NCBI GenBank assembly: GCA_046484865.1
Contig: JAWOID010000116.1
Span: 12,420-76,419 of the forward strand
Length of the DNA stretch: 64,000 nt
Source: Candidatus Krumholzibacteriia bacterium
GTDB lineage: Bacteria > Krumholzibacteriota > Krumholzibacteriia > LZORAL124-64-63
Reading direction: 5' to 3'
The stretch's first letter is position 1. Each line of letters opens with the position of its first letter. Position numbers and translations under genes: made by a program. Positions 8,909 to 17,451 of this stretch are shown here, in pieces. The notes under the pieces are model-generated. The model saw only the letters and a program-made list of their open reading frames with translations. It did not search any database and had not been told where the DNA came from.

Positions 8909-11339
8909 GTTCGGCAAGGCCCTGATGATCGTCGTGGGAGTCGTCGCGGTCCTGATCGTGTTGCTGGTGGTGGTGGTGCCACTGGTCGTGCCGGCCGACC
9001 GCGTGCGCGACCTGGTGAAGGATCGCATCGAGGTGGCGACCGGTGGCGAGGTCACGCTCGGCGAGGCGCAGGTGCGGGTGTTCCCGCGCATCCGGGTGGT
9101 GCTCGGCGAGGCCAATGTCACGGGCACCGGCGCCGACCTGGCGGCAGCCACGGGACAGCCGAGTCCGGTGGAGCGCTACAGCGCGGCCGTGAAACGGCTC
9201 GAGGTGGATCTGGCACTCTGGCCGCTGCTGCAGCGGCGCGTGGAAGTGGGTTCGATCCGCCTGGTCGAGCCGGACGTGGAGGTGGTCACGGCCCCGGCCG
9301 CGGACGAACCGCGTTCGCCTGGCGCGCAGCCGTCCGAACGAGGCCCGGAGGCGGAGGGCGGCGGTTACGGACTCGTGCTGGCGGCGGTGGCCATCGAGGA
9401 CGGCCGCCTGCTCTGGCAGGACCGGGCCAGCGGCCAGACCGTGACGGTTGCCGGCTGGGACCAGGAACTGAGGGCGCCCAACCTTGATGCGCTGATGCGT
9501 CTGATGTCCACGGACCCCGGGAGCGAGGCGCCGGCCGACGGTGAGGCGGCCGCGCTCGCCGTGGACGGGCAGGTGGACGAGCTGGTGCTGGAGAGCCCCG
9601 ATCGACCGCAGCCGTTGCGGCTCGCCCTGGTGGGCTACGCCGCGACCGCGTCGGTTCCGCCGGCGGCCGACCTCATGGTGCTGGAGGACGTGCGGGTGAC
9701 CTGGGGCCCCTGGGAGCTGGAGGGCAGCGCCGAGTTGCGTCCGCTGCCGGATGGCGGCTGGCAGGTGGACAGTCTGGCCGTGGTCGCGGAGGAACAGGCC
9801 GTCGCCCTGGCGGGACGCCTGCGGACCGATGGCGCGGGCCTGAGCGGCCGCCTGCGCGGCACCGTGGAACTGGAGCAGGCGTGGCCGGCGGTCCGGGCCA
9901 CCACGGCCGAGCTGGTGCGTCCCGGGCTGGCCGACTCGCTGCCGGCGGTGACGGGGGCGGTCGAGTGGCGACTTGCACTCGACGGCTTCGGGGGGCAGGC
10001 CGGGGGTGGCGACGGTGTCCGGGCGGAGCCGGGAGGCGCCGCGACGGGGCCGTTCGACTTCTGGCGGACTGCCGCACCGGGAGCGATCGAACTGGAGGCC
10101 CGTGCTCGCGATCTGGCGGTGATGGACGTGATCCCGGCGAGCCCTTGGCGGACTCGAGAGGCGGAATTGACCGGGCGCTCGCCCGAGCCGCTCCGGGCGT
10201 CGGTCAGCGGCATCGACCATCCGGCGCTGGCGGCCGACGCGCAGTTCAGGGTGATCCCGCGTCCGGGCGGCGAGTGGCCGCATCTCGACGTGGAGGTGAC
10301 GGCCGAGCACGTCGACGTCGACCGCCTGCGGGAACTCATGGCGGCCACCGAGACGGCGTCCGCCGGTACGGAATTCGCATTCCCGCCCGCCGGTCCCTCG
10401 CGAGCGGCCGCTGCGGCCGCCGCGGATCTGCTCGCGGTGTTCGCCCCGGCGGCCCGGGCGCAGGCGGGGGCCGGGGAGATCCCGCCCGGCGCGGCCATTC
10501 CGGTGGAGTTGACCATGGACTTCCGCGGTCAGGCGCGCACCGCGGTGATGCAGAAGCTGGAGTTCCAGCAGGTGCGGATCGCAGGACAGTTGCAGCGCAA
10601 GGTGATCACGGTGGAGACGCTGCGGGCGGAGCGTGGCGGCGGCGCGATCGTGGGCAGCGGCAGTGTCGACTACGCCGCCGACCCGTGGGGCGTCATGGAA
10701 TTCGTGGCCGAACTCGAGGGGCTCAGCACGTCGGCCGTTTTCGAACCCTTCGCGCCGGCGGTCGCGCAGCAGTGGGAAGGACTCCTGTCGGGCAGGGCCG
10801 CCGGGGGCGCGCGCCTGGCGGACGATCCCCTCGCGATGCTGGCCTCGCTCGACCTCGAGGGCGTGATCTCCAGCAGCGACGGCGTCTATCACGCACAGGA
10901 ACTCCTGGCGGGGATCAGGCGTTACCTGGGAGACCGCACCGACCTCCAGGAGATCCGCTACACCGAGCTGGTGCAGCACTTCCGCGTGCAGGACGGGCGC
11001 TACCACGTCGACGACCTGCGGGTGGATGGGCGCGACACCGACTGGACCGGATCCGGCTGGGTGAGTTTCGACGGGGATCTGAATCTGGACCTGCAGGTGA
11101 AGCTGCCGCCGGGTTTCACACCCGATCTGGGCCAGGCGTCTTTCCTGGCCGAGGGATTGCGCGACGAGGACGGACGCATCACCCTGAACCTCGCCGTGAC
11201 CGGTCCGGCACGCAGTCCCGAGGTCGGTCTGGACCTCAGCGGAGCCAGGGCCAGGGCGCAGGAGGATCTCCAGCAGAAGCTGGAGGATGAGGCCCGCAAG
11301 GGCGTGGGCGGCCTCCTTGACAAACTGAAGGGCAAATAG
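8901..11339 (+). CDS. AsmA-family protein
   Basis: ATG 8901 with an N-terminal TM anchor; LALWPLLQRRVEVGSIRLVEP; AsmA_2-like C-terminus (GSGWVSFDGDLNL...VTGPARSPEV). Confidence 0.8.
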   Translation: MRRFGKALMIVVGVVAVLIVLLVVVVPLVVPADRVRDLVKDRIEVATGGEVTLGEAQVRVFPRIRVVLGEANVTGTGADLAAATGQPSPVERYSAAVKRLEVDLALWPLLQRRVEVGSIRLVEPDVEVVTAPAADEPRSPGAQPSERGPEAEGGGYGLVLAAVAIEDGRLLWQDRASGQTVTVAGWDQELRAPNLDALMRLMSTDPGSEAPADGEAAALAVDGQVDELVLESPDRPQPLRLALVGYAATASVPPAADLMVLEDVRVTWGPWELEGSAELRPLPDGGWQVDSLAVVAEEQAVALAGRLRTDGAGLSGRLRGTVELEQAWPAVRATTAELVRPGLADSLPAVTGAVEWRLALDGFGGQAGGGDGVRAEPGGAATGPFDFWRTAAPGAIELEARARDLAVMDVIPASPWRTREAELTGRSPEPLRASVSGIDHPALAADAQFRVIPRPGGEWPHLDVEVTAEHVDVDRLRELMAATETASAGTEFAFPPAGPSRAAAAAAADLLAVFAPAARAQAGAGEIPPGAAIPVELTMDFRGQARTAVMQKLEFQQVRIAGQLQRKVITVETLRAERGGGAIVGSGSVDYAADPWGVMEFVAELEGLSTSAVFEPFAPAVAQQWEGLLSGRAAGGARLADDPLAMLASLDLEGVISSSDGVYHAQELLAGIRRYLGDRTDLQEIRYTELVQHFRVQDGRYHVDDLRVDGRDTDWTGSGWVSFDGDLNLDLQVKLPPGFTPDLGQASFLAEGLRDEDGRITLNLAVTGPARSPEVGLDLSGARARAQEDLQQKLEDEARKGVGGLLDKLKGK

Positions 11340-11345
11340 TACCGT
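11317..11345 (+). promoter_or_regulatory. Candidate sigma70 promoter TTGACA-N17-TACCGT for the tRNA cluster, overlapping the end of the AsmA gene
   Basis: Perfect -35 at 11317-11322, 17-nt spacer, -10 at 11340-11345. Confidence 0.55.
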
Positions 11346-11482
11346 GCCCCCTCGCTGCCGGCGGGATGTCGTGGGCAGGCGTCCCGGGCTTTTTTTCGCC
11401 GGGATGCGGCCTGCGTGCAGAGCGGGCGGAAGCTTCGCCGGCCGGGTCGGTCGCTGCAGGATCCCTCACCGGGGCAGAACCT

Positions 11483-11569
11483 GGAGGGCTAGTCCTAACT
11501 GGTAAGGCAGCGGTCTTGAAAACCGCCGGGTGAAAACCCTTGGGGGTTCGAGTCCCCCGCCCTCCGCCA
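11483..11569 (+). tRNA. tRNA-Ser(TGA)
   Basis: GGAGGGC/GCCCTCC acceptor stem, anticodon arm GCGGT-CTTGAAA-ACCGC, long variable arm, GGTTCGAGTCC, CCA end. Confidence 0.95.
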
Positions 11570-11584
11570 AGAGCATAGCATCAC

Positions 11585-11672
11585 GGAGAGGTGGCCGAGT
11601 GGTCGAAGGCGCACGCCTGCTAAGCGTGTAAGGGGCAACTCTTCGAGGGTTCGAATCCCTCCCTCTCCGCCA
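11585..11672 (+). tRNA. tRNA-Ser(GCT)
   Basis: Anticodon arm CACGC-CTGCTAA-GCGTG, long variable arm, T-loop GGTTCGAATCC, CCA end. Confidence 0.95.
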
Positions 11673-11741
11673 GAGAAGACGGTCGCCGCCCCGGTGGCGC
11701 CGCGGCCGGAAGAAGCGATACGTTGCGTTCTGGAGATCGGT

Positions 11742-11818
11742 GCGCCCATAGCTCAATTGGATAGAGCGTCTGGCTACGGACCAGAAGGTTGGGGGTTCGA
11801 GTCCCTCTGGGCGTACCA
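11742..11818 (+). tRNA. tRNA-Arg(ACG)
   Basis: Anticodon arm TCTGG-CTACGGA-CCAGA, D-loop AGCTCAATTGGATAGAGC, CCA end. Confidence 0.95.
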
Positions 11819-11980
11819 ACCGAGGTGAGAAGAGGCAGCGGGTCGCGAGAGCGGCCCGCTGTCTCGTCGTCTACGGATCGGAACTCCACCGCGGCGGCCG
11901 CGCGCCGAAAGAAACCGAGAGCGGACGAGACCGCCCGCGGGGACGGGAACTCCGGACGCCCTGGCGTTGTCGAAGGCAGG

Positions 11981-14014
11981 ATGATGAAAGACGTCGCATC
12001 GATCGCGTCGCGCGCAGTTGCCGCGCTCACGTTGCCTGCGGCCGCCGCGCTCAACTCGCGTGCGGCCGCCGCGCTGGTGGCCTGTCTCGTTCTGGGGGCG
12101 GCGACCTCGACGGCGGCGGCGTCGCGGTCCTCGGACCGGCCGCAGGTGCCGGTCGCCGACCACCTGCCCGTCGCCGAGGTCGAGGCGGGCATGACCGGCT
12201 ACGGGCTGACCGTCTTCGCCGGCAGCACGGTGGACACCTTCCAGGTGCGCGTTCTCGGCACGCAGGAGCGGGCCCGCGCGGCGGGCAACCTGATCATGGT
12301 GGAACTGCTCGGCCCCCGGGTCGCCGAGACCTCGGTGGCGCAGGGGATGAGCGGTTCGCCGATCTACCTGGGCGGGCGTTTCGCCGGTGCCGTGGCCTTC
12401 GGCTGGCCCGGCGCGCTGCGCCCCATCGCCGGCATCACTCCTGCTGGCGAGATGCTCGCGCTCGGCGGCAGCGACGACGGGCCGCTCGACCCCTCGGCAG
12501 CGGACCTGGCGGGCGGCGGCGCCGATCCATTGCAGCTGCTGGCATGGAGCGCGACCGCGAGCGTCCTGGCGCGCGAGCTGCTGGACCTTCCGGAGACCGC
12601 CCCGGCCGGGGCCCCGGCGCTGCCGTCGGGCTGGGTGCGCCCGGAGGAACTGTGGCCACACCTCTTCGCGGCCGTCAGCGGCGGCCGGGTGGGAACGGCC
12701 CCGACCGGGGGCTGGCAGTCGCTGCCGGTGACCTGGATCCATGCTCCGCTCGGCAGCGGCGCGCCGGCTTCCGACGGACAGGCGCCGCCGGGCAGTCTGC
12801 CGCCCGTGCCGCCGGCGACCGGGCGCGGCGATACGGACGAGACCCTCCCGCTCGTGCCGGGGGCGGCCTGCGCGGTGCCGCTCATCCTGGGCGACGCCCA
12901 GCTCGGTGCTGTGGGCACGGTGACGTGGGTGGACGGAGACCGCGTGCTGATGATGGGCCACCCGTTCCTGCAGCGCGGACCGGTGCGGCTGCCGCTGGCG
13001 AGCGCCGAGATCGTGACCGTCTTTCCCAGCCGTGCGATGTCGTTCAAGATCGGCACGATCGGGCCGGTCGTGGGCGAGGTGATCCGCGATCAACGTGCCG
13101 GACTGGTGGGTCGCCTCGGATCCGCGCCGCCGCTGATCCCGGTGAGCGTGAACGTCCGCGAGAACGGGCGCAGCCGGTCGTACGATTTCGACGTCGCGGA
13201 CGATCCACAGCTTTCGCCCGCGCTGGTGTTCTGGTGCCTCTACAACGCGCTGCTGGTCGAGGGAGACGACCAGTCCCGCCAGACCCTGCGCTACGAGCTG
13301 GTCACCCGCTGGGACCTGTCCGACGGCGATGACCTGGACCCCGTGGTCCTCACCGGCCAGGTGGCCGGACCCGGCGGCGCGGCGGGCCTGGCGCCGGAGT
13401 GGATGGCGCCGCTGCAGGTCCTGCTCAACAACCGGCACCGTCCACTGCAGTTGCGCTCGGTGGAGGCCCACCTCGAGGTCACCCGGCCCATGGAGGTGGG
13501 CGTCGTGTCGGGTCTCGCGGCTCCCGCGACGGTGTACCCCGGACAGGAGGTCGCGGTCCGGGTGCCTCTGGAGACGTACCGCGCCGACGACCGCACCGAG
13601 GAGTTCGTCCTGACGTTGCCGGCTTTCCTGGAACCGGGTCGCTACCGGCTGGTGGCGGCGAGCGCCCGCGAGCTGTTCGCCCTCGAGGCCCAGCGTGCCG
13701 AGGCTCTCTTCCAGGACCGCAGCCTCGCGGCCACGCTGGACCTCGTGCGGTCGCCGCGCTCCGCCTCCACGCTGGTGGTGGCGCTCGTGGCTTCGGGTCG
13801 CAACCCCGTGGTGGTCGGTCGCGAGCTGGCGAACCTGCCCGGGAGTCTGGCGCGGACTCTCCGGCCGGGGCCCGCCGGCGCCACGGCCAGCACCCTCGCC
13901 GTGTACGTGGTGCGCCGCGAGCGGCCCACCGACCTGACCCTCAGCGGTCATGCCATCCGCGACATCACCGTGGTGCCCGCGGCCGAACCCACCCGGGAGG
14001 AATCGAGACCATGA
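11981..14014 (+). CDS. SpoIVB-like peptidase S55 domain protein, secreted
   Basis: Signal peptide; GMTGYGLTVFAG, AQGMSGSPIY.GG...GAVAFG, GTVTW...GHPF, SFKIG, DQRAG motifs. Confidence 0.85.
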   Translation: MMKDVASIASRAVAALTLPAAAALNSRAAAALVACLVLGAATSTAAASRSSDRPQVPVADHLPVAEVEAGMTGYGLTVFAGSTVDTFQVRVLGTQERARAAGNLIMVELLGPRVAETSVAQGMSGSPIYLGGRFAGAVAFGWPGALRPIAGITPAGEMLALGGSDDGPLDPSAADLAGGGADPLQLLAWSATASVLARELLDLPETAPAGAPALPSGWVRPEELWPHLFAAVSGGRVGTAPTGGWQSLPVTWIHAPLGSGAPASDGQAPPGSLPPVPPATGRGDTDETLPLVPGAACAVPLILGDAQLGAVGTVTWVDGDRVLMMGHPFLQRGPVRLPLASAEIVTVFPSRAMSFKIGTIGPVVGEVIRDQRAGLVGRLGSAPPLIPVSVNVRENGRSRSYDFDVADDPQLSPALVFWCLYNALLVEGDDQSRQTLRYELVTRWDLSDGDDLDPVVLTGQVAGPGGAAGLAPEWMAPLQVLLNNRHRPLQLRSVEAHLEVTRPMEVGVVSGLAAPATVYPGQEVAVRVPLETYRADDRTEEFVLTLPAFLEPGRYRLVAASARELFALEAQRAEALFQDRSLAATLDLVRSPRSASTLVVALVASGRNPVVVGRELANLPGSLARTLRPGPAGATASTLAVYVVRRERPTDLTLSGHAIRDITVVPAAEPTREESRP

Positions 14015-16278
14015 TCTGCGGCCTGCGCGTCGATCGCCTCCGTCGAGCCGTTCCCACCGCCTCGCCCGGCGCCGATCCAGGCTCCCGCCCCCGGCGGCCG
14101 CGTCGCTGGGTGGCGTCCTGGCACCTGTTGCTCGCCATCGCGATCGCTCCCGCGGCCATGGCCGCCGGTCCGGTCTACTGGGACTACCCGGAGCGGCAGG
14201 GATTCGGGGATGCCGAGCTCGAGGGCGCGGCGCTGGACCGTCATGACCGTCTGATTCCCGGACTGTACGCCCGCGAGCTGCTGGCGGGGGAGCCCGAGGT
14301 GGTCTGGTGCGCGGCGCCGGATGCCGGCGGTGGCGCCTTCGTGGGCAGCGGCCATGCCGGCGAGATCTGGCGCATCGGCCCCGACGGCGATGCGAGCCTG
14401 CACGCCGACCTGGACGGGACCGAGGTGTTCGCCCTGCTGCCGTACGGTGGTGGGCTGCTGGCGGGCTGCGGACCGGGCGGCGAACTCGAGCACGTGGCCG
14501 CCGACGGCACCGTCACGTCGTGGGGCAAGGTGCCCGGGGGCTACGTCTGGGCGCTGGCCGAGGCCGGCGACGGGCGGGTGTACCTCGCCGCCGGCAGCCC
14601 GGCGGCGGTGTATCGTGCCGTCGGACCCGGCAGCCTGGAGAAGGTGGCGGACCTGCCCGCCACCAATGCGCTGGATCTGGCCGTCGTGGGCGACGGCGAA
14701 CTGCTCGTCGCCACCCAGGGACCGGGACTCGTGTACCGCGTCTCGCGGGACGGCACGGCGCGGGTGATCTTCGAGGCCGAACAGGACGAGGTGCGCCGGC
14801 TGCTGCGCGGCCCCGCTGGCGACTGGTACGCGCTGGCGCTGGCGGCCGGCGACCGGGTGCGCGCCGGCAACGGCGGGATCTCCGCCGTTGCCGCTGCGGC
14901 GGCGGCCGCCGCGGCCACGGGCTTCGACTTCATGGACATCCGCCCGCGCGCCGACGAGCCCGCCCGCGCGGCGCTCCTGCAGCTGCGGGACGATGGACCC
15001 GTGACCACGGTCTGGGCCGGCGGCATCGATCTCATGACCGTGGCCCATGCCGAGGGCTGGGGCTGGCTCGCGGCCGGCGCTGCCGACGAGGAGTCGGGCC
15101 GGGCACGCCTGCTGGCGCTCGAGCCGCCGTCCGGGCACCGGCCCCTGGCGACCTGGGACGGTGGCGACGTGCTGGACCTGCTCGTGGCCGGAGGTGACGG
15201 ACGGCTGGACGTGCTGGCCACGCTCGCACATCCGGGCCAGGTCGTTCGCCTGCGGGCGGGTCGCGGAGAACGATGCGCGGCCGTCAGCGAACCCCTGGAT
15301 GCGGGGCACGCCATCCGCTGGGGGCGTCTGCTGTGGGACGGGCAGGGGAAGATCCGCTGGTCGGTGCGCGGCGGAGCGCGTTCCACACCCGACCACACGT
15401 GGACCGCCTGGTCCGATGCCTGGACCGAGCGCGATCACGCCATCGATCTGCCCGCCGTGCGCTTCCTGCAATGGCGGGTGGAATTCGTCGATCCGCAGGC
15501 CGGCGACCGGGTGGAGTCGCTCACGGTCAGCGGCCACGAGCCCAACCTGCCGCCGGTGATCGAGAGCCTGGAACTGCAACCCCCGGGCCAGATCAAGCTC
15601 GGCGGGCTCATGCCGCGCGGCGACAACGTGACCGAGGTGCTGCCGGGAGGGCTGAGACTCGAGTACAGCGTCGGCAGCCAGGCCGCGAATGCGGCGCCGC
15701 TGGAGCGCGTGGCGGCGGTGCGTCCGGTGCGCACGTTCTCCTGGCAGGCCAGCGATCCCAACGGGGACGATCTGGTGTACCTGCTCGAGTACCGGCGCGC
15801 CGACGCCAGCACCTGGCGCCCGGTGGGCGAACCCCGCACCGAGCCGCTGGGCAGCTGGAACACCAGGACCGTGCCCGACGGTCACTACGTGGTCCGCCTG
15901 GAGGCCAGCGACCGGCCGTCGAATCCCGGCGCCACGGCCCTGCGATCCTACCGGGAAACGGCGCCCTTCCTGGTGGACCACACCGCGCCGTCCGTGCAGG
16001 ATCTGAAGCTGAGCCGCAGCGAGAAGGGGTTCCGGCTGCAGATGCGCGCCGAGGACGCGCTCAGCCATCTGGCCGGAGCGGTGATCGAGTTGCCCGACGG
16101 CCGTCGCGAACGCCTGGAGCCGGTGGATCTGATCTGCGACAGCCGTGCCGAGCGCTTCGACACCGAGATCGTCTTTCCCCGGACGGATTCCCGGCCGGTG
16201 GCCCTCCCGTGGCGCGTGCGGGTGGAGGTCTACGACCGGCCCGGCAACCTGGCCGCCGCCGAGGCCGAGGTGAGGTGA
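14011..16278 (+). CDS. Secreted beta-propeller protein with C-terminal Ig/FN3-like domains
   Basis: ATGA overlap with the S55 gene; repeated blades (VWCAA..GG.FVGSG, YVWALA..GDGRVYLAAG..AAVYR, LLVATQGPGLVYRV); WQASDPNGDDLVY, PDGHYVVRLEASD, VDHTAP. Confidence 0.75.
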   Translation: MICGLRVDRLRRAVPTASPGADPGSRPRRPRRWVASWHLLLAIAIAPAAMAAGPVYWDYPERQGFGDAELEGAALDRHDRLIPGLYARELLAGEPEVVWCAAPDAGGGAFVGSGHAGEIWRIGPDGDASLHADLDGTEVFALLPYGGGLLAGCGPGGELEHVAADGTVTSWGKVPGGYVWALAEAGDGRVYLAAGSPAAVYRAVGPGSLEKVADLPATNALDLAVVGDGELLVATQGPGLVYRVSRDGTARVIFEAEQDEVRRLLRGPAGDWYALALAAGDRVRAGNGGISAVAAAAAAAAATGFDFMDIRPRADEPARAALLQLRDDGPVTTVWAGGIDLMTVAHAEGWGWLAAGAADEESGRARLLALEPPSGHRPLATWDGGDVLDLLVAGGDGRLDVLATLAHPGQVVRLRAGRGERCAAVSEPLDAGHAIRWGRLLWDGQGKIRWSVRGGARSTPDHTWTAWSDAWTERDHAIDLPAVRFLQWRVEFVDPQAGDRVESLTVSGHEPNLPPVIESLELQPPGQIKLGGLMPRGDNVTEVLPGGLRLEYSVGSQAANAAPLERVAAVRPVRTFSWQASDPNGDDLVYLLEYRRADASTWRPVGEPRTEPLGSWNTRTVPDGHYVVRLEASDRPSNPGATALRSYRETAPFLVDHTAPSVQDLKLSRSEKGFRLQMRAEDALSHLAGAVIELPDGRRERLEPVDLICDSRAERFDTEIVFPRTDSRPVALPWRVRVEVYDRPGNLAAAEAEVR

Positions 16279-16754
16279 TGGGCGAGAGCCTGCTCGACGC
16301 CTTCCGCTCGCACGAGCGCTGGATGGAGGAGGCTCTGCGCGAGGCGGAGCAGGCGGCCGCGGCGGGCGAAGTGCCCGTGGGAGCGCTGGTGGTGCGCGAC
16401 GGCGTCGTCCTCGGCCGGGGACGCAACCAGGTGGAGGGGTCCCGCGACGCCACGGCGCACGCGGAGATCCTCGCCATCGGCGCGGCTGCGGCCGCCGCGG
16501 CCGACTGGCGCCTCGATGGCGCCACCCTCTACGTGACCCTCGAGCCGTGCACGATGTGCGCCGGAGCCCTGCTGCTGGCGCGGGTGGCCACCCTCGTGTT
16601 CGGCGCGGCCGACCCGCGGGCCGGCGCCGTCGTTTCCACCGCACGTCTGCTCGACGGCAATCCCTACCGGCAACGGGTGGAGGTGGTGGGAGGGGTCGCC
16701 GCGTTCCGCTGCAGCGAGCTGCTGCAGACGTTCTTCCGCGCCCGCCGCGGGTAG
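16278..16754 (+). CDS. tadA: tRNA adenosine(34) deaminase
   Basis: GEVPVGA, DATAHAEI, WRL.GATLYVTLEPCTMC, LLQTFF motifs. Confidence 0.93.
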   Translation: MGESLLDAFRSHERWMEEALREAEQAAAAGEVPVGALVVRDGVVLGRGRNQVEGSRDATAHAEILAIGAAAAAAADWRLDGATLYVTLEPCTMCAGALLLARVATLVFGAADPRAGAVVSTARLLDGNPYRQRVEVVGGVAAFRCSELLQTFFRARRG

Positions 16755-16841
16755 CCGGCGTGACTCGAAAGTGGCTACCGGGAGCGTCGGTGACCGGCCG
16801 GGCCGCCGGCCGCGGCCCGGAACCTGCGGACCTACGCGATG

Positions 16842-16870
16842 TTGATCCACGAGTGCCGACGCGCTATATT
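16842..16870 (+). promoter_or_regulatory. Stable-RNA-type promoter TTGATC-N17-TATATT with a GC-rich discriminator
   Basis: Elements at 16842-16847 and 16865-16870, followed by GGCCGCC and then tRNA-Ser. Confidence 0.65.
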
Positions 16871-16898
16871 GGCCGCCGCCGCGTCCGCGCGGAACGGC

Positions 16899-16986
<88 letters not shown>

Positions 16987-17018
16987 GCCGACAGCGCCGG
17001 CGGACGCCCGAAACACCC

Positions 17019-17106
17019 GGAGAGGTGCCGGAGCGGTTGAACGGGACGGTCTCGAAAACCGTTGAACCTTCGGGTTCCCAGGGTTCGAATCCCTGCCTCT
17101 CCGCCA
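17019..17106 (+). tRNA. tRNA-Ser(CGA)
   Basis: Anticodon arm ACGGT-CTCGAAA-ACCGT, long variable arm, CCA end. Confidence 0.95.
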
Positions 17107-17130
17107 GATCACGGGGCGATGCGATCGCCC

Positions 17131-17159
17131 TCGACGCCGGTCGGGTCCGGCGTTATATT
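17131..17159 (+). promoter_or_regulatory. Candidate promoter TCGACG-N17-TATATT for tRNA-Ala/ffs/dnaX
   Basis: Elements at 17131-17136 and 17154-17159. Confidence 0.55.
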
Positions 17160-17173
17160 CGAGTCTCGTTCGT

Positions 17174-17250
17174 GGGGATGTAGCTCAGCTTGGGAGAGCG
17201 CCTCGTTCGCAACGAGGAGGTCGGCGGTTCGAGCCCGCTCATCTCCACCA
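17174..17250 (+). tRNA. tRNA-Ala(CGC)
   Basis: GGGGATG acceptor with G3:U70, anticodon arm CCTCG-TTCGCAA-CGAGG, CCA end. Confidence 0.95.
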
Positions 17251-17284
17251 CGAACTTCCGGGGGTGCCGAACCCCCGCACGGAC

Positions 17285-17390
17285 GGATGGGCCAGGCCCG
17301 GTGCGACGCCGGAGCGCTAATCCCGTCAGGACTGGAAAGTAGCAGCGGTACGCCAACTTCGGCGTGTGCGCCGCCAGCCTGGCCCGCCTT
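17285..17390 (+). ncRNA. ffs: Signal recognition particle RNA (small bacterial type)
   Basis: Domain IV core TCAGG-ACT-GGAA-AGT-AGCAGC; terminal stem GGGCCAGGC/GCCTGGCCC; lies directly upstream of dnaX. Confidence 0.9.
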
Positions 17391-17451
17391 CCCATCCCGC
17401 CGCCGTCCGCGGGGCAGCCTCCAGCACCCCGCAACACCGATGGGCGCTGCC

